A DNA stretch of 64,000 nt from Amoeboaphelidium protococcarum X5 (GCA_023515725.1 JALDTO010000146.1:496001-560000), one strand, 5' to 3'. Counted from the first letter of the stretch, positions 52,566 through 64,000 are shown. The notes: generated by a model from the sequence alone, not told the origin. Translations and numbers: made by a program.

Positions 52566-53318
52566 TCATTGACCCAACACCTCTTTTGGATCCATGTATC
52601 CGCTCCATGTTGCCAATTCCAGTACTTACTCTCGCTAATCAGGGATTAGAAATGAGGATGTGCGAGATTGAATAAAGTCTCTAGGCGTCTGAAAGCGCGA
52701 CAACTTCACACCAAACCCGGTTTAGAGCAGCTCAGCTAATCTCTAACCCTATTCCGGTGATTCGAAATTGATAGGTAGCCCACTAGTGACAACTGAATTC
52801 ATCTAGCCTCTCAGTGCGTAAGAATCAAATGTAAGCTTCATATACTCATCCTCTTTTGGCACATTAAATGAACTTTATCGCGGAAACACGTCCAGCAGAA
52901 GTTCCGACATCAATTGCACAAAATCCTTAAAAACTTTCTGAGAAGCACGCTTTGGCACGAGGGGTGCGAATTTCTTCAGTTTAGCCGCGTTAGTCACTTG
53001 TCCTTTTACAGCTTGCGTCTCAAATGCAAACCATATCAGTCCGTAAGATTCAGAGTCCAGAAAGAAGTCATAGAGGCTACTCTTTTGATGACTTTTGCAC
53101 ATTACAGTCAACTTCCAATCGCCGCTATTAAATAGTGGAGAGTTTGAGAATACTTGTGTCACTTTCTAGATAGTAAGAGGACTCGAGTCACCCGGCCATA
53201 ATTTAGTATCCGTGATAAAGCCATTGATCACTGATTGTTTCGCATCACACGTATTATCAACTTGGAGAGCACACGCTAAGGTTATCATCATCATGATAAT
53301 AGCAAGAAAATACATCAT
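52566..53318 (-). CDS. orphan secreted protein, 250 aa
   Basis: Signal peptide MMYFLAIIMMMITLACA; open frame to TGA 52566; no recognised domain. Confidence 0.7.
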
Positions 53319-53514
53319 AATTTGCTCAATAATCTATAGAATCTAAATCCTTTATTTGAAGATAAAAAGATTTCAGATTAAATCGGTGATTTTAATGTCC
53401 GATTGTGTAACATCTGCATTTTCACGAAGTGTCACAAGGCTGTAATAAAAGTTACGTATCCATTAGTGTAATGGAGAAATAGTACTGCATGTAAAATCTT
53501 ATTGAATGTCTATT

Positions 53515-54360
53515 TCAAGATTAATACAATTAACGCCCTCTGTAAGATCCACCTCCTCTGCCGCGGCCACCTCTGTGAGATTTATGCTCAAACTGCTGAT
53601 TAACATCCTTATTGCCTGGTATTAGTGAGGGATTAGAAATTGCAGCTTTACCAAGAGAATCTACACATTAATACTAAGCGTAAAACGTAAAATTTTTAAA
53701 ATTAAAAGTAAGCATACCAAGGGGAGTATCCAAGAAGGGAGAACCAAGCTGTATGGTATTAACAAATGCAACGCGAGCCTTCTTACCACTAAACTCAACT
53801 AGTGATAACCGCGCTCTAGCAGCGATTGCGTCCTGCTCTGTTTTGAATTCAACATATGCCACTCCTTTAGATTTTCCATTCACTTTATGATCAAGAAACA
53901 CTATATTAGTTATCGGAGTGTCACGCATGCTAAAATCTTCTGCAGTTTCCAGTCCTTCCACACATCCGATCATGAGATCATTGTCGCTAGTCCACTACAT
54001 ACAATGTGCATGAGAATCAAAACTTAAATCACGCCAAAAACTTACCCATTCCAGATCGCTAATGTACAGAGCTCGAGTAGGAGGAACATCTTCCAGCTGT
54101 GAAGCGTTATCCGTGAGTTTAATCGTGGTGGCAGGTTTTACCACTTCATCTTCAAAGTCGTGCGCGAATTCCACATTTATTTACGGAGTCTCAGACGCAA
54201 ATGGTTGAGTCTCTTTACCTCCAGAAGGTGCAATCACTTGATCATTTTTACTTCCCGCTTACTTTGCTGATTCTGTGGGAATCCTCTTCTTTTCTTCCGC
54301 TTATTAAGTATAGCTTGGAACTTCATCGTCATTGTACAACAAGTCCAACTCGTCTGCCAT
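53515..54360 (-). CDS. CFIm68/CPSF6-7-like single-RRM protein; introns 53995-54045 and 53661-53717
   Basis: DELDLLYND N-terminus; ALYISDLEWWTSDNDL..FLDHKVNGKSKGVAYVEF; RGG tail; spliced 738 nt is in frame. Confidence 0.8.
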
Positions 54361-54513
54361 TGTAACAGCCGCGATAAAAGTTATAATAAAATGAAAAAGA
54401 TTAACGCGCTAAAAGAAAGAAATGATAAAGTGACGGCGAACACTCAGAAACCGTAGGTAAGAGACTTTATCCAATCAAGAATATGAGGAATAACATTTAT
54501 AAATAATTAAATT

Positions 54514-54910
54514 TCACTGTTAGTTATCCTTACTTGATTTGATCAATACATCTCTACGGTCAGCATAGCGCGCGTTAGACGAGTCGCATCTGATCGCACT
54601 ACCAATGGCCAGAAAGAATCCAAATGACAGCGCGAAACCAGCCACTGTTCGGGCCACCAACTGCAGTCTCTATCCCATAGTGGCGTCTCTCACTCTACAC
54701 GTTACACATAATAGCAATTTAGACTTATTTTGCTTGTTATAGACTAATCAACTTACGAGATCATGTTAACACCACCGTAAATGGTTCCAATCGTAAGTCC
54801 AATAATTCCGCCAGTCGTGGCACCGTTCTACCAAGAATACAATTGTAAAAATTCTCAGTTTTATTTTAACATACCTTGACGCGTTCAAAGCAGTAATTTC
54901 TGTTGGACAT
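54514..54910 (-). CDS. ROMO1: ROMO1/Mgr2 mitochondrial inner-membrane protein; introns 54828-54874 and 54695-54756
   Basis: CFERVKNGATTGGIIGLTIG...FGFFLAIGSAIRC; spliced 288 nt is in frame. Confidence 0.85.
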
Positions 54911-55339
54911 TTAACGTGGTGATATCAGGATCAAATTTCTACTATTGCGAGTTATGAAAAATTCAATTGCAAATTGCGAGCAAAAAAAAGAATTCAACAC
55001 GAATAAACTTTCCTTCAGTAGAAACTGTATTAATTATTTAGTTTATAGATATTAAACTATTACACAAAATTTGATGATATCTAAGCAGTCTAATTGATGG
55101 GTAGAGTAAAAACCGTTTCAGAAACGACAAAGCTTGGGCAAGCACTGCATTGTTTGTTCATGAGAGCGCAGCCAAACTGAAGTCTGCTCTCCTCTCGCTC
55201 GCCTTTGTTTCTCCAAATAACAATCGAACGTTTCTGTTTCACTGCAAAGACTCTGAGAGAAAAACGACTGTATAATAATAATACAACTATTATAACTAGA
55301 CTATATCACTCCTGTTTATTACTGAAGATACGATACGAT

Positions 55340-56361
55340 ATGCCAAAGAAAGCTTCTACTTCATCTACCTCTGTTGCTGCCAAGCCGTCATCCGCAAAGA
55401 AGGCTTCTGTTTCCAAGAGTCCGTCAAAGTCTCCAAAGAAGGCTAGTCAGGCTGGTGACGCATCTGTGTCATCTGCTGCTGATATCAAAGATATGGTGGT
55501 GAACTCTATTGTCTAGCTTGCTGATAAGAATGGATCTACCAAGACTGCTATCAAGAAGGTAATTTTATTCGTTTTATTGTGTTTCATTCATAAATGTTTT
55601 ACATGCCCTTTGTGTAGTTTATCGTTTCAAATAACAAGTCTGTTGCGTCTGGCCCAAAGTTTGATAGTCAGCTGAATCTTGCCGTCAAGAAGGGTGTTGA
55701 AGAAGGTTAATTGGTTCAAGATAAGGGCGTGAATGGTCCTGTGAAGTTGGCAGGTGCTGTTTCTCCAGCAAAGTCCCCAAGTAAGAAGGCTTCAAGCACG
55801 AAGAAGACCTCATCCAAGAGTCCTTCTAAATCACCAAAGAAATCTGCTGCCTCGTCTTCTGGAAAAGTTGCATCTCCAGCCAAAGGAACCAAGAAGAAGG
55901 CTTCTACCACCGCTGCTGCAAAGAAGAAGTCTCCTGCGAAGAAGGGTAAAGTTGCTGTAAAGAAGGTGGCTGACAAGAAGAAGACTGCAACCAAGAAGAC
56001 TGCATCCGCTGCCACCGCAAAAAAGACCAAAGCTCCAGCTAAGAAGAAGGCTACACCAAAAGCAAAATCCGCTTCTCCTGCCAAGGCAGCATCTTCATCT
56101 TCTACAAAGGCTGCCGTTGTCAAATCTCCAAGTAAGTCTGCTGCTGGTAAAAAGGCGACTGGCACGAAGAAAGTTGCAACAAAAAGCTCGCCAAAGAAAA
56201 AGGCGTCCCCTGCCAAAAAGCAGGTTGTCAAGAAGGGACGTGTCGAGAAGAAGAAGGCTCCTGCTGCCGCTAAAAAGTCACCAGCCAAGAAGGCTGCAGT
56301 GAAGAAGTCTCCTGCCAAGAAGAAGACTCCAGCTAAAGCCAAGACTGCTGCCAAGAAGTGA
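55340..56361 (+). CDS. linker histone H1; intron 55559-55617
   Basis: Globular domain DMVVNSIVQLADKNGSTKTAIKKFI...LNLAVKKGVEEGQLVQDKGVNGPVKL; long K/A/P tail with repeated KKSPAKK and SPxK. Confidence 0.93.
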
Positions 56362-56854
56362 TTTTACTTACACGTCTGTGTGTGAGTATACATTGTTGTT
56401 GCTGTTGTTGTAATTGTTGTACGATGTTGTTAAAATTGAGGATTAATTGATTGATTAAATTTGCTGTCGGTTAAATAATAGTTGAAACTATATTTTGATT
56501 CCATTTTACTTTTGAATACAATAATAACACATGCTTTCTCCACCTCCTCAGACGATTTCTGATGCAAGCAAACAAGTCAAGCAAGAAAGAGCGCGCGTGA
56601 TAGGGTGAATGAATAATTTTTTCATTCATCGTGTTGACCAATCAGAATTAAATTTTTCACTTGGCTGATCATAATTTTGGACTCAAACGGGTAGCTCTTA
56701 TATTACAGGAGTATAATAATTCTCTGTCCCTCCATTTTTACTGACTTGAATGTCTGGGAATCAATTTTAATAGTAAGATACACACTGCTTAACCATTTAT
56801 TGCGATACTCAAGTCTTTTGCTATTGATAAAGGAAATCGGATACATATATCACA

Positions 56855-59110
56855 ATGAAGAAGAATACTGGTTATTTCTGGATATTGCTGCTTATATTCG
56901 CCACTCTGCATGCCAAATCAGAATTGGCATCGCCATAGCATTAAATTAATAAGAAAGTCTCATAAGTACATTATAGAAACATAACCGAATGTATTTCTCC
57001 GGAAGAAATACCTGTTGAGGAGAGGTGTCAATTTGTGAGAGATTTCTGCTTGGATAAGGAGCATTCTCCCTCTCTGATACCATACATGGAGCTATATTAC
57101 TGTCAGTTGCAAAATGTTTAATGGCTTGGACTCATTCTGTTTGGACTGCAGATGATATTCCTGTTTGTATTTTTGGGCACTGCTGCTTCTGACTATTTCT
57201 GTCCCAATTTGAGCACTCTTAGTAATCTGCTCAGCCTGCCGTAAGAGGTGGCTGGCGTGACTTTGCTTGCCGTGGGAAATGGCGCGTCAGATTTGATTTC
57301 TTCGCTGGTGGCCATCAATCAGGTGGGGAGTGTGGCGATGGGTGTCGGTGAGATTATTGGCGCCGGTCTATTTGTTGCTGGTATAGTGGCCGGAGCTGTA
57401 GTGATATCGTCCAAGCAGAGTGTGGTCAAGGTGGAGAGAGGCACGTTTGTGCGTGATATTGGATTCCTTCTGGTGGCCGTCTTGTATCTTGGCGTGCTAT
57501 TGGTTACTGGTTAAATGTTCTGGTGGCACGGATTACTGATGGTTGGTATCTACGCGTCTTATGTTATGTACGTGTTTTATGGTCACATTAGGACGCGTCG
57601 AAAGTCGGCGCTTAGGAGAGAGGAGACGCAGAGGTTGCTGTCAGATGTATATGAATCTAGTAGTTCTGACGATGGTCCATAGACGCCAGTATTTCTTGAC
57701 TCGTCGTCTATAAAGTCTTACAGTAGTGCGGTGGAATCTATTGCTGAAAGTATTGTCAGGCGGCGGTTGGAAGGAGTTCAACATGGATAGCAAGTTACTT
57801 CTATCGTGGCTGCGGTTGAACTTAATGATGCTTACAAAGAGGTGGAGGACTAGATGCTTTTTATATCTGATCCCAACAGCTTGGATTAGCTGGATGAATA
57901 AAGTAGTAAGCTGCCTCCGCAATTATGCGGCTCTGATGGAATTGTTCAATATGAAGATGGCCAATCTACTAGTAGTGTTTATAAGCCGGACACTTGTTTG
58001 CTGTGTAATGACAAGTTATCATCAGCGGATGAAATGTAAGTCGGCACTGTTACATATCTGGCGTATCATGCATTCCCTATCCTCAAAACTTGGAAACTGT
58101 CCTTCTTTACCGGCAGAGTCCTCAGTATAATTAACGCGCCTGCACTATTGTTACTCAGTCTCACCACACCTGTTGTGGAGTTGAGTGAGTCTGAGTGCGG
58201 TCATGGCGATCATGTGGTGAGTGATAAGAGGACACCAGAGATGTGTGGTTAATGCTCGCCTGCTCTAAAGCCTAAGTAGTATGACAGAGTTCATGATCAG
58301 TGCTGCAAGTAGATTGCACGTTAACTCAATACTTAGTTAAGCTGTCTGTGGATCGATCGATGGATTATCATTTGCCAAATGTTTATAGCTCCTCTCTTTG
58401 CTCTGGTCGCTCTCAAAGCATAAATGCTCAGTGTCAAGGTTGGTAATAATGTTCAAATACCTTCATACGCTTTTGCTCTGGTAATCGGTTCTATACTGGC
58501 AGTAATTAGCTGGTACCTCACAAATCCGTATAGATACTATCGGCGATATGTCAATTCTATCTCCACTCAGAAGCGAACACCTCTTGTACCAATATCTCAT
58601 CCATTTCTGGCATTTGTGGGATTTCTGGTGGGATTATTGTGGATTTACTGCTTGTGTAATGAAGTCGTTGGCCTTATGAAGGCGTTTGGCAAGATTTTTG
58701 ATATATCAGACGCCATTCTCGGTATAACTGTGTTTGCATTGGGCAATTCAGTCGGAGATCTGGTGTCTAATGTGACTTTGTCCAGGATGGGTCTGTCGCG
58801 TATGTCGTTCGCGGCGTCTTTTGCCTCACCTTTGATGAATATCTTGATGGTACTCGGCATTAGTGGTCTACTGGGCATTGGAAAACCGCCGGCTTAGTTT
58901 TAGCTAAACTCGAATCTATTGATTTCTTACAGCGGCCTCCTTCTGATGGTTCTATTTAATCTCGTCTATGTTCCACTATCTCGGTACCGTGTTGGCAAGA
59001 TGTATGGCTACACTGTGATTGTTTGGTACACTGTTATCATGGCATTAATGTTGGTGCTAAACTTTACTGGCGTTGAATTTAGTTTTCTTCACGCCAACGA
59101 TGCCGAGTGA
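56855..59110 (+). CDS. cation/Ca2+ exchanger, CCX/NCLX (Ecm27-like) family
   Basis: ASDYFCPNL, alpha-1 AGVTLLAVGNGASDL, alpha-2 LGITVFALGNSVGDL, multiple TM helices. Confidence 0.92.
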
Positions 59111-59245
59111 AGGTAGGATTAAATGTGAAGGGTACTGTGGTTATATTACAGTAAATAGAATTGTTATTAAAAAGCGATGTTATATATCTTTATTACTCAA
59201 ATTTCGCTATTGAGAAGTTAATTCATTCTCAGCCAAGCCATATAT

Positions 59246-60943
59246 TCACTTTTTACTCTTTGATGGAGTCTTGCGAGTGGATGATGGAGACTTTTTAGGT
59301 TTCTTTACAGCCTTTGGTGGTGTACCGACAGCTTACACATCACTCTTACCAGTAGTAGCTGCAATTTGGAAAGATAATGAAGCTCTACGCTTTGCCGACG
59401 CTATTGACACCACAATGGATTACAAAAAGTACATGATCATGAGAAAGATCACTGAATTCCACAAAGTGGATATAATAGAAGACGTGGATGCATTGGGGAC
59501 TTTAACACCAGACGGACGACTAAACGCAAGTCTCTACTCAGCCAGAAACTTTGAGATGATCATGTGCAACTGAGGATTAAACTTCTTCACCACAGCCAAC
59601 AACTTATCTAGACTGGATTTGGAAAACACAAAAATCACAGACCAAGTTTGCAGCGACGCTTTAAAAAAGGCCTTGCCAATAAGAGTTGCACCAAAGAAGG
59701 TGCTGAATGGAACGAGGAAGTGTCCACAAGTAATACCTGCGAGATCAAAGAGTGGATTAGGAATTGATGCACACAACAAAATGCCCATAAATCCAGCCTT
59801 CTTCATTGCTTCAAACATGAACAGCTTCAATTTATCCCATACAGTGCGCTGACTCTTTGGAATCTTCTGAAGACGCTCAATATCATCAAGCTCCTCCTCA
59901 GCCTATCCACTTCCACTCTGACCGGCAAGTGCAGCAGCTCTCGCCACAAAATACGGAGGCAGTTCACCAATGGCCGTTCCAATACCCCACGCCAGCGCCT
60001 CGAACATAATCTTTTTATACACATTTAGCAACTCCACTTTGCCATTGTAACTGTTTCTGCAGATGAATTCATCCGATCCATGCAGATCAAAGTCCAGTGA
60101 AGGACACTCATACGCAAACACAGTAACCTCTGCAATAAGTGGCCCCAGGAAGAGCACGAAAGTATGCAACCCAGTGCCCAATCCAATAGAAGATGCCACT
60201 CCAAGTACAATCCACCACAGATACCAAGAGATTAAAGACTCTGCAAGCACAAATTGACTCTGATAAGGATTATCAAGTAAAGTTCCGGCAGCGAATACAC
60301 CAGCGACAATCATTGCAATGAACAAATAAGATTTATGCTCCAATAGATATCTAGCGAAACTAAGCGAGTAATCCTGCAATGCAAGTACAAAGTAATAGCA
60401 AGTTGTAACAGGCTAATACAACAATGACAGTTCTTAATCAACCTTGGTGGTACCACTATCTGCTAATACCTTCTTTTCAACTTTAATAACCTTCTTAGCA
60501 AGCGAATTACCAGATGATTGCTACTACTTACTGCCCAACTAAGCCGCATCGGACTTGGTCTATTGTTACTTTGCCATCAAATCATCAGCGATAAGACTTT
60601 CAATCAATTTAGCTTTAGTCCCCTTTGCAGGCAGAGATCTTCGCTTCAGTTCAGACTGCACCTCTCCAAGAGCCCAACTTTCATATCCGCCAACAGCCTA
60701 TAAATCATCATCGCTCTCATCCTCTACAACATCTTCTTCATTCTCAAGATTATTACCATCATTGCCAGTTTAAAACTCCGACATTGCCTGAACATATCGC
60801 TGCATCAACTCATCTTTCACTCCTGATGTGGGCAAGCCTTTCTACTTCAACTCTGTTTTCAATTGTTAGACTGTCATTTTTGGTGTACCATTTTGTAGCT
60901 AATCTTGCTACTCAATCTACGCCTACTTTGCTGTTCTTGGCAT
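59246..60943 (-). CDS. VMP1: vacuole membrane protein 1 (DedA-family scramblase) with two N-terminal SAP domains, 565 aa
   Basis: LGVASSIGLGTGLHTFVLFLGP, WGIGTAIGELPPYFVARAA, ASIPNPLFDLAGITCGHF; same frame upstream to ATG60943 with two SAP motifs. Confidence 0.9.
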
Positions 60944-61173
60944 TATTATTCTTGCAGATAATATTAAGTTTACTACTTCTACTACTACTTTAGTTTGTAT
61001 ATTTGAGTAATCAACAGACAGCTGAAAGATAGTAGAAGGAAGCAGCGCGATCAATTCGATGACGAAGAAAGGACGGATTGGGATTTTACGTTACAGAACA
61101 GAATTGTCGCAACTTCTTGAATCGCAGTAGAAAAAGAAAGTATCATAGTGAAATTCAAATGAATAGAGTGTAT

Positions 61174-62745
61174 TCATTATTCAGCTTCATCGCCTGCACT
61201 AATACCTTGAGATTAAGAGTTGACAGTTGTAGACTTTCCAGCCGCCTACTTTAGACTCAAATCGAAAAACTGATTAGGATGAGCGATGGTGTCCATCACG
61301 TTATGCTAAGTGTCATTCTTAAATTGACCTTCAGATTAAATTACTTATGGTTGATTCTTACTCGATTGCGACTGGGACGGTACTATGCCGCGACTAATTT
61401 CAAAGTACTTTGTACAAGCCACCTGGCAGTGACCGCCATTCTTGGCCAAGTTGACTACATCTCTAGCGTCTGCATCTTTGAGCCCGTATCCTCTCATCAA
61501 CCCGGTCAGACTGTCTTTATTATAATGCTTGAACGGACAACCATGAACTTCTCCATTACTAGGTGCATTCTATGTGATAATCTTCATACAACTGAATGGA
61601 GTGTAATCAGCGCGCTTTCCCTCTTTACCATAATTGTGACGGATATTGTACGCGTACTGGCGCTTGAATTACTCTTCATTATACTTTTTACTAAAGGCCT
61701 TCTACCAAAAGATAAGTGCATCCTCCAATGGCAGTCCAATACCTTTTAAGAATAGACTTAACTGCTGTCTCCCCTAATGTTTCAAGTGAGCATTCTCTCT
61801 CAACGACTGGTGCAGCACCTTCATACATGGTGGAAAGTGTTGAACATAATCGCCCACCTGGTCACATTTGATATCTTCCCCACGTTACTACAGCGAACCA
61901 CTAGCGCTATTATATCCAATATCCAGACTCTACTTTGACAGTCCAACCAGCAGAGGCTTCAGACGCTCATCCTACTCAACTCGAGGTAACAATCTACTAC
62001 AGACTAGCAATTACTCCTACAGATGCTGCTTAAACTCACTCAACACAATACTAAAGATTTAACTCTTTCTAATATAGGCAAATCCATGGCGTAGAAACAC
62101 CTCACGTCTACCAACCAAATCACAGACTTTTTCAAACGGGACTTGATAATAAACTTCAGCCTTCAAATTAGAGCCATCTTATTATTATTATTATAGTAAG
62201 TTTCCATATGAATGAGACGATACAGCTGCACTGAGACTCGACTACAGAGCAGATCTCTCCTAGTCATGTACGCGAGCAATGTCTAGATTCTCACGCACAA
62301 ACTGCATACGCTCATCATCGGTCAGCATTTCCCAGCGCATTTTAAACAGCACAGCTTCATTACGCACAAACCAAGATCTCTGTTCATCAGTGCGAGCGTA
62401 AGATAAACGTAGAATGAAGTGACTGATGTAATCTTTGCGTCGCTCCTCGTCCACGTCAACACCCAGAGTGGCAGCATTATTCGGACTGAAGGGGAACAAT
62501 TTCTTCAGATGATCTCGAAATAGAGTCTTCATCTGCTCATCAGTTCTATTGCGCAATACTGCAGACTCCAATTCCAATAACACCTTCAGTCTATCCACAG
62601 CAAATAGCTCAAACTCTTCCAGCGAGATTTCCAATGACGGAGCATCCTTGTACATGGTCAACCTGGTGGGATACTCCAACGAAGCGGTAATCTAATGTCC
62701 CGCAAACGCAGACTTAGTACTTTGAATAAGAAGTGGATTTTACAT
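61174..62745 (-). CDS. PRI2: DNA primase large subunit
   Basis: [32 protein letters not shown]; C-terminal Fe-S region ([35 protein letters not shown]). Confidence 0.93.
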
Positions 62746-63090
62746 AGCTATTCACAAAGACTATTATTAGTGCTGAACTATAACTATTGGATTAACGAGC
62801 ACTGTATGATAGAACTGTGCACTTTTACAGCGTATAATGAAGAAGTTCAGAATTGAATGAACTTTTGACCGGGCTGAAACAGAATCGGATGCTTGACGCG
62901 TCGATTGAATTTCTCTTTCCCCTTTCCATTCAAAGAAAACTGTTAGCGCTTGATAGTTTTGCATTTCTCATTAAATTGCTCCAGTTTTCGCCGAAATTTC
63001 CTGCTCTCTCCCGCTCTTCTACTCTTTTTCTCGTCAATTTTATTGAAATAGCCATTGTAAGTCACTCACTAGATTTAGAGAATACATAAA

Positions 63091-63558
63091 ATGGAGGACG
63101 AAGAATATAATAATGATAATAGTGCCTAGTATAATGCAGATGACTATGATGACGATTATAATCTGGATGAGCAGGAGGTGGTGGAGAATCAGCGCGAATA
63201 CTTATAGCAGCGTGAGGGTGTTGCTGCTGCTGCTGAGTAAGGGAAAAACGTTGCTGTGGTGTAAAATTAAATGGATGTCGATTCTTAATAATAGCCTGCA
63301 AATGGAGATACCGTGCCGTTGAAAGAGCGTATCACCACCCCGTATATGACCAAGTATGAGCGGGCAAGAATCCTGGGGACGCGTGCTCTGTAGATCAGTA
63401 TGAACTCGCCGATCATGGTCGAGTTGGAGGGAGAAACTGATCCGTTTCAAATCGCCTTGAAAGAATTGAGAGAATAAAGAATTCCTCTCACCATCAGGCG
63501 ATACTTACCGGATGGCACTTACGAAGATTGGGCCTGCAATGAACTGATTACCGAATGA
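63091..63558 (+). CDS. RPB6: RNA polymerase I/II/III common subunit RPABC2
   Basis: [37 protein letters not shown]...[13 protein letters not shown] with TAG at the conserved Q. Confidence 0.96.
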
Positions 63559-63680
63559 TTCTGATTTCTTATACTAATTATGGTACATTTATTAAGTCCT
63601 TATATATATTTAAGAAGAAAAGGGTTTTATAATACTCCAAGTTTTAATTATTTTCAAGTTTATTTAATGTCAAAGATAGT

Positions 63681-64000
63681 TCATTTAGACCATTGAGTCT
63701 TGTCGCCATTATCAATTTTAGATCGCTTGTTGTTGTTGTTGTTGTTGGAGTAATGCTCTTTTCCATCCTTGACATTCTTGTATTCTGCACCAGGTCTATT
63801 GGCTCCGCTGCCATGCTGCTTTCTCTTACCCTCTCTACCACTCAAATTTACATTGATATTGACGCGTGGAGGTTGATCGAATCCGAAAGATTTGGCAACT
63901 TTATTCAAATCAAGGCCCAGGACATCAAACACTTGCTTGTGTGCGTGACTAGCATATGCTTGCAAATAGGAGCGATACCCCTCTTTAGCACTCTGATGAA
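63681..64000 (-). CDS. HAS1: 3' end of DEAD-box RNA helicase Has1/DDX18 (partial)
   Basis: [44 protein letters not shown]; TGA at 63681. Confidence 0.9.
   Translation of the reverse strand, partial: HQSAKEGYRSYLQAYASHAHKQVFDVLGLDLNKVAKSFGFDQPPRVNINVNLSGREGKRKQHGSGANRPGAEYKNVKDGKEHYSNNNNNNKRSKIDNGDKTQWSK

Noticed and set aside
55716-56354. 212-aa hydrophobic antisense ORF
   Set aside because: Mirror of the Lys/Ala/Pro-rich histone H1 tail.
437-63558. Widespread pseudogenisation suggested by in-frame TAA/TAG and the fragmented ORF track
   Set aside because: Essential single-copy genes show no frameshifts or in-frame TGA, and TAR sits at conserved Gln; this is code reassignment.
1-64000. tRNA, rRNA, CRISPR or prokaryotic defence loci
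   Set aside because: No cloverleaf, rRNA or repeat-spacer pattern seen by eye; the DNA is eukaryotic with spliceosomal introns. tRNAscan-SE would be needed to exclude tRNAs formally.

Overview
Compact, intron-poor eukaryotic nuclear DNA of a fungus-related protist that uses a reassigned genetic code. TAA and TAG are read as Gln and TGA is the only stop (translation table 6), which is why the supplied standard-code ORF track is fragmented. Fungal-like gene content plus this code points to an aphelid such as Amoeboaphelidium protococcarum (inference, not verified). Re-read by hand with TAR=Gln, the window holds about 39 tightly packed genes. Housekeeping genes include POL1, PRI2, DIS3, RPB6, RPL5, RPL14, HAS1 (partial), ARP8, CYT1, histone H1, PHO8, an ABCC transporter, myotubularin, PUB1, STX6, gamma-SNAP, TMCO1, ROMO1, SRPRB, CPSF6-like, an NCLX/CCX exchanger and VMP1. 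Accessory content includes an intact Crypton tyrosine-recombinase transposon, a Crinkler effector, secreted proteases and orphan secreted proteins. Most notable observations: (1) a two-guide C/D snoRNA (snR60/SNORD80-type) looped out of the RPL14 intron by a 13-bp stem; (2) a VMP1 fused to two SAP domains; (3) an excess of Gln, often TAR, just before TGA stops; (4) a TGTAG 3' splice-site consensus; (5) stop-free 3n introns; (6) TGTGAC motif clusters flanking the Crypton. All translations and family assignments are by eye and from memory of conserved motifs; no searches were run.
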